Shown piece after piece: positions 13,579 through 29,987 of a DNA stretch of 64,000 nt. Source of the stretch: Eledone cirrhosa (taxonomy: Eukaryota); NCBI GenBank assembly GCA_964016885.1, contig CAXHJY010001456.1:30963-94962 (forward strand). Reading direction: 5' to 3'. The stretch's first letter is position 1. Each line of letters starts with the position of its first letter. The notes below the pieces were generated by a model that worked only from the letters and a program-made list of their open reading frames with translations, had not been told where the DNA came from and searched no databases. The position numbers and the translations under genes are program-made.

Positions 13579-14002
13579 TACCTATCTTCCGGCCTCTCTA
13601 GAGAATCGTAAAAGCACATATCGCTATATGCTTTTTCTATGAAAATTAGTAGTGGGCAGACCAACTTGCATAGAGTGTGAGTAAGTACCGGTTCAACGGA
13701 GACGATAAAAACAAATAACGAAACGAAATTAAATTTCGTTTCGTTTGTAACTCACTTTTGTATGACTGACGCTCAAACAATCAAGTCAAAGATGTACATC
13801 CATATATGTATACTGAAATACTAGTATGTATATGAATACACACACGTATACATATGTAGATGTACCAAGTTTTTTTTCACTGATCACTTTACTGTGAGTG
13901 GCCAGCTATTCTGTATGTAAACACACAGACAAACCGGTTTTTAGAGTCATACTGGTTTTTGAGGAAACACCTTTCCTCTATTCCCCAGAAAGCCAGACAA
14001 GG

Positions 14003-14047
14003 AATATTGAACTAGTTTCGTTGTTGTTACAACTCATCAGCAATATT
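14003..14047 (-). ncRNA. Hammerhead ribozyme motif, family F
   Basis: Reverse complement of 14249-14293. Confidence 0.9.
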
Positions 14048-14248
14048 TACCTATCTTCCGGCCTCTCTAGAGAATCGTAAAAGCACATATCGCTATATGC
14101 TTTTTCTATGAAAATTAGTAGTGGGCAGACCAACTTGCATAGAGTGTGAGTAAGTACCGGTTCAACGGAGACGATAAAAACAAATAACGAAACGAAATTA
14201 AAGCGATATGTGCTTTTACGATTCTCTAGAGAGGCCGGAAGATAGGTA

Positions 14249-14293
14249 AATATTGCTGATGAGTTGTAACAACAACGAAACTAGTTCAATATT
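14249..14293 (+). ncRNA. Hammerhead ribozyme motif, family F
   Basis: aatattg-CTGATGA-gttgt(aaca)acaac-GAAA-CTAG-TT-caatatt. Stems I and II are perfect. Confidence 0.92.
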
Positions 14294-14525
14294 CCTTGTC
14301 TGGCTTTCTGGGGAATAGAGGAAAGGTGTTTCCTCAAAAACCAGTATGACTCTAAAAACCGGTTTGTCTGTGTGTTTACATACAGAATAGCTGGCCACTC
14401 ACAGTAAAGTGATCAGTGAAAAAAAACTTGGTACATCTACATATGTATACGTGTGTGTATTCATATACATACTAGTATTTCAGTATACATATATGGATGT
14501 ACATCTTTGACTTGATATATATATT

Positions 14526-14596
<71 letters not shown>

Positions 14597-14673
14597 ATAT
14601 ATATATAATATATATATAATATATATATAATATATATATATATATAATATATATAATATATATATATATATAT

Positions 14674-14706
<33 letters not shown>

Positions 14707-14732
14707 ATATATATATTTATATATATATATAT

Positions 14733-14765
<33 letters not shown>

Positions 14766-15004
14766 AATATATTTATATATATATATATATTTATATTGTT
14801 ATATTTGGGGAGGGTCATATTTGCGTAATATTGCCAGAATTAATAACAGAACACACTCACTGTTTGGTTGGTTTTCGCTTCTCGCTGTCTTTTATATATA
14901 TATATCTGCGATCTAGCTTACTCGGTCCTCAATGTTGCCATTGACTGACCGGCGGTCAAAAATAATACAGATACAATATAGACAAACACATATATATATA
15001 GTTT

Positions 15005-15047
15005 ACATAAATCTTTCGTTGCACATCTGCAACATCGTCAGTGGTGT
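15005..15047 (-). ncRNA. Hammerhead-like motif in the PLE-3 pseudo-LTR, family D (weak stem I)
   Basis: acacca-CTGACGA-t-gttgca(gatg)tgcaac-GAAA-gatt-TA-tgt. Confidence 0.7.
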
Positions 15048-15318
15048 TATATTCATTGTTCCTCCTGTTGTGTTGTATGTCTACGCCATTTTTTTTGTTC
15101 AGTCTGTCTATATATTTATTTATTTATTTGCTTGTTTGTTTATCTTATTTTATTTTGTCTTCTTTGCGCATGCGTTTGCGTGTGTGTATAGTGTTATGTG
15201 TGATGTGTGATGTGTGACTAGTGTGTATAGTGTTGTCTGCTGGGTGACTAGTGTGTGTTTATGTGCTTGTGTATGTATTTATTTATCTTATTTTATTTAA
15301 TTTAATTTACTTATTTAT

Positions 15319-16602
15319 TTATACTTCTCTTAGGTCAGTGTTGTTTGTTTGGGTGTTGTTGTTGTTCCACTCATTCTTTCTGTTTAGCTTTGGTCTTCTA
15401 ATTTCTATTTCACTGGCCTCTCTGATTTGCCTATCTGCTGGGTCATTCCTATGTTTAGATATTATTCTAATTTCTATGTTGTCTATGTTACCGTCATGAT
15501 GTTGTCTAGCATGTTCGTATAGTACTGACCCGTTTTTTCGTCCTTTTAGTTCCCCCCAGTGTTGGTCTATCCTTTCACCTATGCTACGAGCTGTCTCACC
15601 TATGTATGTTGTTGTCGTGTTTCTGCAAGTACCCTCTGTACATCTTATGCTATAGACTACGTTTCTAGTTTTACAGTTTATCCGGGGGTTCACCTTACAT
15701 ATGATACATTTCCTATTGGTACAGTGGGTTTTCTTAAAAGGGTAGGTTTTGCTGATCAGGGATTTTATGGTGGTTCCTGGCTTTTCTACCACCTTTATTT
15801 TTAAGTGGGTCTTTCTCAGGGCCTTTCTACACTGGTTAGCTAATTTCCCTCCAGGGGTGGCGTCCACAAACATGACACTCTGATATCTCTGGTTGTCGTA
15901 CCATGATGTGGCCTTCCCTATCTTATGTCTAGCCCTATCTAAGCTATTCCATGATTTGCTCCTGTATAGTGGGCAAATTCCTTTCATGTCCAGTTCTATG
16001 AGGGTCTTATACTTTTCCATGGCTCCTTCGTATACTCTGACTCTGTCTCTTTGGTTGTAGCCAGAGAACTGCATGCGGTTGATGAAGTGTTGGATGTGTC
16101 CTTCCATTTCTGTTGGGTCGCACATGCTGGACACATTCTTCATCACTCGTACCAAATCTGCGATCAGAATATTAAACTTAGCACTACTGGACATTGCTGA
16201 GTTTTTGAGTATCAGGTATTTGGAGGCCATGGGTTTAGCATAGTGTGAGTGGAGAATTTGGGCTCTCTCGTCTATAGTGTTAATCCAGAGTTCTGTGTCT
16301 AATACAGGTAGTCTATTGTTAGGGTGTTTGGAAGGGAAGTCTATAGTTACAGTTATACTCTGGTGTATGGAATTAGCTATCTGCTGGATGCTTTCCATCG
16401 TGCTACGTTCTAAATCAAACTTGTTAGTGCTGTCTAGTGGGGGTGTTCTTATAACTATATTGATATCGTCTACATAACGAGAGTACATGATGAGGTCTAT
16501 GGAGCTTTCATTAAGGAGATCTTTAAGTCTCCTTTCCCACCATACCATGAAAAGGTTGGCAACATCGCCAGCTATGCTGACGCCGATGGCTGCTCCCTCA
16601 TT
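15319..16602 (-). CDS. PLE-3 RT C-terminal half plus GIY-YIG endonuclease (truncated)
   Basis: Colinear with the PLE-2 protein from EGAAIG onward. The first ~19 aa of the tracked ORF come from the inverted pseudo-LTR. Confidence 0.88.
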   Translation of the reverse strand, partial: NEGAAIGVSIAGDVANLFMVWWERRLKDLLNESSIDLIMYSRYVDDINIVIRTPPLDSTNKFDLERSTMESIQQIANSIHQSITVTIDFPSKHPNNRLPVLDTELWINTIDERAQILHSHYAKPMASKYLILKNSAMSSSAKFNILIADLVRVMKNVSSMCDPTEMEGHIQHFINRMQFSGYNQRDRVRVYEGAMEKYKTLIELDMKGICPLYRSKSWNSLDRARHKIGKATSWYDNQRYQSVMFVDATPGGKLANQCRKALRKTHLKIKVVEKPGTTIKSLISKTYPFKKTHCTNRKCIICKVNPRINCKTRNVVYSIRCTEGTCRNTTTTYIGETARSIGERIDQHWGELKGRKNGSVLYEHARQHHDGNIDNIEIRIISKHRNDPADRQIREASEIEIRRPKLNRKNEWNNNNTQTNNTDLREV

Positions 16603-16689
16603 TTTTTCCAAGCGAAAACCAACCAAACAGTGAGTGTGTTCTGTTATTAATTCTGGCAATATTACGCAAATATGACCCTCCCCAAATAT

Positions 16690-16767
<78 letters not shown>

Positions 16768-16768
<1 letters not shown>

Positions 16769-17171
16769 CAATATTAAATAAATGGAAACTATATTTATAA
16801 AACCATATTTATTTCATTATATATATTTCAGGGATATCATATTAACAATATGCTATGCCTTCCTCAGACAAAATACAATATAAACAGTTGAATTGGCACT
16901 GCCAATTCAACTTTTCAAATACAAGTCGATGTTGTTACGGTATGTCAAATCTATTTATCTATAAAACTGTTTATATTGTATTTTGTCTGAGGAAGGCATA
17001 GCATATTGTTAATATGATATCCCTGAAATATATATAATGAAATAAATATGGTTTTATAAATATAGTTTCCATTTATTTAATATTGTAAATATACTCCAAA
17101 TACTTGTCGAGTGCTTTTATATCAGTTATAAATATTTACTAGTTGTAACCCAACAATTTAAATATAACTTT

Positions 17172-17174
<3 letters not shown>
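16768..17174. mobile_element. Family B fold-back pseudo-LTR pair with two head-to-head HHRs (16811-16874 minus, 16980-17043 plus)
   Basis: Palindromic arms related to 4850-4977, with CTGAGGA...GAAA-TATATA-TA in both arms. Confidence 0.8.
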
Positions 17175-17244
<70 letters not shown>

Positions 17245-17247
17245 AAT

Positions 17248-17320
<73 letters not shown>

Positions 17321-17328
17321 TATATATA

Positions 17329-18272
17329 TTTCGTTTGTGAATTTGTTTAGCAAGATTCTTTATCTGAAATCGTGTGTTGAAACCGATATTGTTATATTTT
17401 GGGAGGGTCATGTTGCCAATAAGAAACACACGCACCAGTTGCTTTCACTTCAATTTATTATATATTTATAAATTTATAAATTTACAAATCTACAAACTTA
17501 TAAATTTCTGGTTGGTTGGTTGGTTCCACAACCAGATAGTTGTTTATATATATAGTCATAGTCCTTTCGTCACACACACTGTGACCTCTTCAGTGACTGG
17601 GGATTCCTTTCTTCGTTTCTGTGCTTTTCCTTTCTTCTATCCTACGCCATTTTGTTTCTGCGTGTGTGTTGTGTGCTCAGTTTGCGCATGCGCCACATCC
17701 GGGTGTCTGTGTGTGTTTGTGTTCATTTTTCTATTTATTTATTTATTTATTTATTTATTTAGTTGGTTGGTTGTTTGTTCTATGTGTGTGTGTGTTTTCA
17801 TTTTGTCCTGTGTGTGTTTGTGTTTTCATTTTGTGTGTGTTTTCATTTTGTCCTTAATTGTAAGTTGTTTGTTCTATGTGTGTGTGTGTTTTCATTTTTT
17901 CCTTAATTGTAAGTTGTGATGTTGCTGTTCCATCATAAATAAACAAATAGAAAAATGAACACAAACACACACACGGATGTGGCGCATGCGCAAACTGAGC
18001 ACACAACACACACACAGAAACAAAATGGCGTAGGATAGAAGAAAAGAAAGGCACAGAAACGAAGAAAGGAATCCCCAGTCACTGAAGAGGTCACAGAGCG
18101 TGTGACGAAAGGACTATGACTATATATAAACAACTATCTGGTTGTGGAACCAACCAACCAACCAGAAATTTATAAGTTTGTAAATTTGTAAATATATAAT
18201 AAATTGAAGTGAAAGCAACTGGTGCGTGTGTTTCTTATTGGCAACATGACCCTCCCAAAGTATAACAATATA
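17329..18272. mobile_element. Solo inverted pair of PLE-2 pseudo-LTRs with HHRs at 17554-17598 (minus) and 18077-18121 (plus)
   Basis: 17329-17932 matches 5407-5990. 17935-18272 is its inverted partial copy. Confidence 0.88.
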
Positions 18273-18307
18273 TACACATATACACATATACACATATACA
18301 CATATAC

Positions 18308-18364
<57 letters not shown>

Positions 18365-19075
18365 AATACATACACACATAAATACATACATACATACATA
18401 AATACATAAATACATACATACATAAATATATACATACATAAATATATACATACATAAATATATACATACATAAATATATACATACATAAATATATACATA
18501 CATAAATATATACATACATAAATATATACATACATAAATATATACATGCATATATACATACATGCATGCATACATACATACATACATACATACATACATA
18601 CATACATACATACATACATACATACATACATACATACATACATAAATACATACATACATATATAAATACATACATACATATATAAATATATACATATATA
18701 TATAAATATATACATATATATATACATATATACATATATATATACATATATACATATATATATACATATATACATATATACATATATATATACATATATA
18801 CATATATATATACATATATACATATATATAAATATATATACATATATATAAATATATACATATATATAAATATATACATATATATATAAATATATACATA
18901 TATATATAAATATATACATATATATATAAATATATACATATATATATAAATATATACATATATATATAAATATATACATATATATATAAATATATACATA
19001 TATATATAAATATATATATATATATAAATATATATAAATATATATAAATATATATATAAATATATATAAATATAT

Positions 19076-19106
<31 letters not shown>

Positions 19107-19137
19107 AATATATATAAATATATATATATATATAAAT

Positions 19138-19168
<31 letters not shown>

Positions 19169-19183
19169 AATATATATAAATAT

Positions 19184-19236
<53 letters not shown>

Positions 19237-19557
19237 AATATATATATATAAATATATATAAATATATAAATATATATAAATATATATAAATATATATAAA
19301 TATATATAAATATATATAAATATATATAAATATATATAAATATATATAAATATATATAAATATATATAAATATATATAAATATATAAATATATATAAATA
19401 TATATAAATATATATAAATATATATATAAATATATATATATATATAAATATATATATAAATATATATATATATAAATATATATATATATAAATATATATA
19501 TATATAAATATATATATATATAAATATATATATATATAAATATATATATATATAAAT

Positions 19558-19606
<49 letters not shown>

Positions 19607-19635
19607 AATATATAAATATATATATATATATAAAT

Positions 19636-19666
<31 letters not shown>

Positions 19667-19695
19667 AATATATATAAATATATATATATATATAA

Positions 19696-19740
<45 letters not shown>

Positions 19741-19847
19741 TAAATATATATAAATATATATATATATATATAAATATATATAAATATATATATATATATA
19801 TAAATATATATAAATATATATATATATATATAAATATATATAAATAT

Positions 19848-19912
<65 letters not shown>

Positions 19913-19913
19913 A

Positions 19914-19976
<63 letters not shown>

Positions 19977-19985
19977 TATATATAA

Positions 19986-20016
<31 letters not shown>

Positions 20017-20317
20017 AATATATATATAAATAAATATATATATATAAATAAATATAAATATATATAAATAAATATATAAATATATATAAATAAATATATA
20101 AATATATATATATAAATAAATATAAATATATATAAATAAATATATAAATATATATATATAAATAAATATAAATATATATAAATAAATATATATATATAAA
20201 TAAATGTAAATATATAAATAAATATAAATATATATATAAATAAATATAAATATAAATATATATAAATATAAATATATATAAATAAATATAAATATATATA
20301 TATATAAATAAATATAT

Positions 20318-20374
<57 letters not shown>

Positions 20375-20409
20375 AATATATATATATAAATAAATAAATA
20401 TATATAAAT

Positions 20410-20474
<65 letters not shown>

Positions 20475-20535
20475 TATATATATATAAATATATATATATA
20501 TAAATATATATATAAATATATATATAAATATATAT
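18272..20535. repeat. Compound (CA)n/(TACA)n/(TA)n microsatellite
   Basis: Direct reading. Confidence 0.98.
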
Positions 20536-21410
20536 AACCATGTGCGTCACGCCGTCTTTTAAATTATTTAGAAGTGAAGCATATCAATTTGTCTCTGGAT
20601 GTTTACTGAGGAGAGCAGGACATGATATTCCTACACTTATTTAACTCGAAACATATTTGGATCTTAAAGTTTAAACTTATCTACCTAACAGGTTTGATTT
20701 TGAAATTTAAATGTGACTAAACATCACGGCCTCTTGGCAATACAGTTCGTCTTCGTTGATTTATTATTTTAAATCGATATGGACGAACTGTAGTATAATA
20801 ATTAGTATACTTCAATCTGCCTAAATTTTTCTTTTGCAATATATATACAGATGTGTTGGTATCTGTGTTTCATCACATACATATTAATTTATACACTGCT
20901 CAGGGGGTATTTTCCTCCTTCGAGCTGATTCCATTGTAAAAGATTTCATTACCTTATTAATTTTAACTGCTCCTAGTTTGAGCTGCAAGCCGCCTCATAT
21001 ATACGACGGTTATTTCTAGCAGTACGGTTATGAGACTAGTTGGATACTGTAAAACCATGTGCGTCACGCAGTCTTTTAAATTATTTAGAAGTGAAGCATA
21101 TCAATTTGTCTCTGGATGTTTACTGAGGAGTGCAGGGCATGATATTCCTACACTTATTTAACTCGAAACATATTTGGATCTTAAAGTTTAAACTTATCTA
21201 CGGAACAGGTTTGATTTTGAAATTTAAATGTGTCTAAACATCACGGATTCTTGGGTAATACAGTTCGTCTTCGTTGATTTATTATTTTAAATCGATATGG
21301 ACAAACTGTAGTATAATAATTAGTATACTTCAATCTAGCCTAAATTTTTCTTTTGCACTATATATACAGATGTGTTGGTATCTGTGTTTCATCACATACA
21401 TATTAATTTA

Positions 21411-21411
<1 letters not shown>
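20536..21411 (+). mobile_element. ~517-bp tandem unit (1.7 copies) in (TA)n with candidate HHRs (20601-20676, 21118-21193), family J
   Basis: The repeat starts at 20536 and 21053. Motif: gttta-CTGAGGA-gag...ctc-GAAAC...GTT-taaac, with irregular stems II and III. Confidence 0.5.
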
Positions 21412-26061
<4,650 letters not shown>

Positions 26062-26062
<1 letters not shown>

Positions 26063-26459
26063 GTAGGAGGTGTTTTATTGTAGTACAATAAAGCAATGCA
26101 GATATCGGATAAGAAGCACTCTACAGTTTGTAGGACTGGAGTATACATAATATAAGATCAAAAGATGGTTAAAGGAGTTCCATGTATTTTATTATGCGCA
26201 TTTCAAAAACAAACACCATCATGCAATAATATTTGTGTTTTCATCAGATAAAACAGGAGAACATGATATGAAGGCTAAAAAACACCTGTGGACAGTGCAG
26301 TTGATTTAAAACTGCACTGTCCACAGGTGTTTTTTAGCCTTCATATCATGTTCTCCTGTTTTATCTGATGAAAACACAAATATTATTGCATGATGATGTT
26401 TGTTTTTGAAATGCGCATAATAAAATACATGGAACTCCTTTAACCATCTTTTGATCTCA
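26062..26459. mobile_element. Family A fold-back pair with HHRs at 26186-26254 (minus) and 26358-26426 (plus)
   Basis: Palindrome centred near 26305, matching 2500-2745. Confidence 0.85.
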
Positions 26460-26491
26460 TATATATAAATATATATATATATATTTATATA

Positions 26492-26578
<87 letters not shown>

Positions 26579-26599
26579 TTATATTTATATATATATATA

Positions 26600-27097
26600 A
26601 AGGAACGATCGACTTTCGTCAAATCGGACCGAGGGAACAATGTTTCGGTTGGTCTTTCCAATTGCTACTACTATCTATCGGTCGCAACTCCAGGTAGAAG
26701 GATATACGATATTAATAAATGGAAACTATATTTATAAAACCATATATTGTATTGTGCCTTCTTCAGACATAATACAATATATAACAGTTTTACAAATAAG
26801 CTTTGACGTACCCTTTTAACATGCAACCATTATTTTTGGAAGCCATCAGGTTGCATTTTAAAAGGATACGTCAAAGCTTATCTGTAAAACTGTTATATAT
26901 TGTATTTTGTCTGATGAAGGCATACCATAATTTAATTTGGTATCCCTGAAATATGTATAATGAAATAAATATGGTTTTATAAATATAGTTTCCATTTATT
27001 AATATCGTATATCTACTCCAAATACTTGTCGAGTGCTTTATATCAGTTATAAAAATATTTACTTGTTGTATCCCAACAATTTAAATAGAACTTTTTT
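26600..27097. mobile_element. Family B-like fold-back element with an HHR at 26904-26966 (plus)
   Basis: attttgt-CTGATGA-agg.ataccа-type stem II-GAAA-tatgta-TA-atgaaat. The inverted arm at 26705-26830 carries a deleted HHR. Confidence 0.75.
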
Positions 27098-27139
27098 ATA
27101 TATATATATATATATTTATATATATTTATATATATATTT

Positions 27140-28078
27140 AGTAATAATAATACATATGAAGACTAAAATCCAAAGAGGGCTCGATAGGGATAAATATATA
27201 TCAATTATATAAGAACCGTAGAGCAAATATTTATTAAAACAACAGATTAAAGCTTTAATGGGATGTTCTGGTACTAAAAAAAAAAAAAAAATCAATCTGT
27301 GAACACAGAAATAAATATTTCAAAAAATGTTGCAACCAAAGGAAGACAGGAAGACGATACTTTGGTTCGTGATGACGTACTTTTAGGTATTTCATCCTGC
27401 TTGGTACGGGTATGTTCTTTGTAGAAATATTCAGATGTTTCTGCATGATGAATATAAGTCAATAGAGTACTCAGTCAAGGGATCCAAATAGTAATAATAA
27501 AAAATTTGAAGACTAACATCCAAAGAGGGCTCGATAAGGATAAATATATATCAAATATATAAGAACCGGAGCGCAAATATTTATTAAAATAACAGATTAA
27601 AGTTTAAGCAAAGAATCGGCTGCTTTCACCCTTAATGGGATCTTCTGAAACTATAAAAAAAAAAAAATCAATCTGTGAACGCAGAAGTAAATATTTCGAA
27701 AAACGTTGCAACCGAAGGAAGACAGGAAGGCGATACTTTGGTTCGTGGATACGTAGTTTTAGGTATTTCTTCCTGCTTGGTACGTGTATATTCTTTGTAG
27801 AAATATTCAGATGTTTCTGCATGATGAATATAAGTCAATAGAGTACTCAATCAAGGGAGCCAAATAGTAATAATAATAAATTTGAAGACTAACATCCAAA
27901 GAGAGCTCGATAAAGATAAATAAATATCAAATATAAAAGAACCGTAGAGTTAAAATAACAGATTAAAGTTTAAGCAAAGAATCGGCTGCTTTCACCCTTA
28001 ATGGGATCTTCTGAAACTATTAAAAAAAAAAAAAAAAAAAAAAAAATTAATCTGAACACAGAAGTAAATATTTTTAAG
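27140..28078 (-). mobile_element. ~360-bp tandem repeat (about 2.5 copies) with variant HHRs at 27602-27651 and 27968-28017, family L
   Basis: Units start at 27141, 27491 and 27867. Minus strand: gttt-CAGAAGA-tccc(attaa)gggt-GAAA-gca...tgc-TT-aaac. Confidence 0.65.
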
Positions 28079-28189
28079 CAGACCTTTCCCAAATGCACCT
28101 CTCAAGGGCAATGACACACAACCATGACCTCTGGCGTCACACAGTAATACAGAAGACCCGACTTTCCACAGGAACATATAGACAATATT

Positions 28190-29935
28190 TGTTTTCCTTT
28201 GTTTTTTTATGTGTCCTATCAACTAATCCGACCTCCAAAATGCTTGCAATTGACTATTTTTTTTAGCATATTAACAACAAATATGATTTCCACTGCAATT
28301 AAAAATGACTAGCTTTGTGAATGGTTTTTCCAGCCACTTTCTGCCTTATTTTTCTACAAAGCTAATCATTGACGATAGGTTTCAAAGTTATATTCATTCA
28401 TAATATGTGAAAAAAATAGTCAACTGCGAGCATTGGTGTGATGTAAATGGTAGGAGTAGGTGTTCTGTAATAAATTTACCATATAGTGAAGTATGGTTAT
28501 GGTGAATTTATGGGGTGGATTGGGGTAGATTAATGTGCTGTGGTGTGCTTTGTTATAAGTGGGGATTTCAATTTCAACTTTGATTTATGTTAGAAAAAAA
28601 TATTTCCTTCATTTTTGCATGTGCTATCAACTTACAAGATGCTCACAGTGGACTATGCTTTTAACATATTAACAAAAAATATGACTTCCGCTGCAATAAA
28701 AAATGGCTAGCTTTGTAAATGGTATTTCCACCCACATCCTCCCTCTTTTTTCTACAAAGCTAGTCATTTTCATCAGGTTTCCATGTCATAACCATTAATA
28801 ATATGTGCATAAAATAGTAATTTGCGAGCACCTTTGATGTCAAATTGGGTGGTAAGAACAAAAAAAAGAAAAAAGAAAAAATGCCAGATGAAAATTTGTC
28901 ACACCAAAATCAATAACTTGGTGTGATCTAGTATGGTGTAGTTTGGTGAAGTTTCTACAAAGATAGTCATTTTCGATAGGTTTCCATGTCATAATTATTG
29001 ATATGTGAAAAATAAAAGTAAATTGGGAGCACCTTTAATGTCAGATTGGGTGGTGAGCGCACAGAAAAAAAAAAAGGAAACGGGGAAAAAAATTTTTCAC
29101 ACCAAGATCAATAGCTTTGTGCGATGTAGTATGGTGTATCTTGGTATGGTGTGGTGAAGTTATGAAATGGAAACCAATTGTAAACGATAGATTCCCATGT
29201 CATATTCATTGATAATGTGTGGGAAAATAGTCATTTGCAAGCACCTTTGATGTTAGTTTGAGGTGGTAACAAAAAAAAAAAAAAAAAAAAAAAAAGCAGG
29301 TAGCAAATTTGTCACAGTGATTTCCATACCATGGTGTGATGTAAATGGTAGGTGTTATGTAATAAATTTACCATATAGTGAAGTCTATGGTGTGGATTGG
29401 GGTAGATTAATGTGCTGTGATGTGCTTTGTTATAAGTGGGGATTTCAATTTCAACTTTGATTTACGTTAGAAAAAAATTTTTCCTTCATTTTTGCATGTG
29501 CTATCAACTTCCAAGATGCTCGCAGTGGACTATGCTTTTAACATATTAACAAAAAATATGACTTCCGCTGCAATAAAAAATGGCTAGCTTTGTAAATGGT
29601 ATTTCCACCCACATCCTCCCACTTTTATCTACAAAGCTAGTCATTTTGATCAGGTTTCCATGTCATAACCATTAATAATATGTGCATAAAATAGTAATTT
29701 GCGAGCCTCTTTTATGTCAAATTAAGCACAAAATAAAAATTAAAAAAATTTAAAAAAATGCCAGATGAAAATTTGTCACACCAAAATCAATATCTTGGTG
29801 TGATGTAGTATGGTGTGGTTTGGTGAAGTTTCTACAAAGATAGTAATTTTCGATAGGTTTCCATGTCATAATTATTGATAAGTGGAAAAAAAAATAGTCA
29901 ATTGGGAGCACCTTTAATGTGCAGATTGGGTGGTA

Positions 29936-29987
<52 letters not shown>

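Larger units (their letters stand above)
13237..14515. mobile_element. Retrozyme-like unit (family F): two 469-bp tandem copies plus an inverted partial copy, one HHR each
   Basis: 13237-13705 matches 13706-14174, and 14202-14515 is inverted. It is (TA)n-flanked and non-coding. Confidence 0.8.
14795..16696 (-). mobile_element. Penelope-like retroelement PLE-3 (relative of PLE-2), 5'-truncated and capped by an inverted pseudo-LTR end
   Basis: ORF with GAAIG, YSRYVDD and YIGETARSIGERIDQH. 16611-16696 is the reverse complement of 14795-14880. Confidence 0.92.

Noticed and set aside
13429-14398. Thrice-repeated 60-aa ORF
   Set aside because: It has a GTG start and no motif, and lies antisense to the HHR. 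It repeats only because the DNA unit repeats.
14797-14850. Twister-like motif (GGAGGG...TAA..TGCC)
   Set aside because: No pseudoknot partner or P4 loop could be found, and it is antisense to the PLE. It is better explained as a terminal signature.
26600-26700. Additional hammerhead in the GC-richer patch
   Set aside because: GAAA..TC halves exist on the minus strand, but there is no CUGANGA with a closing stem I.
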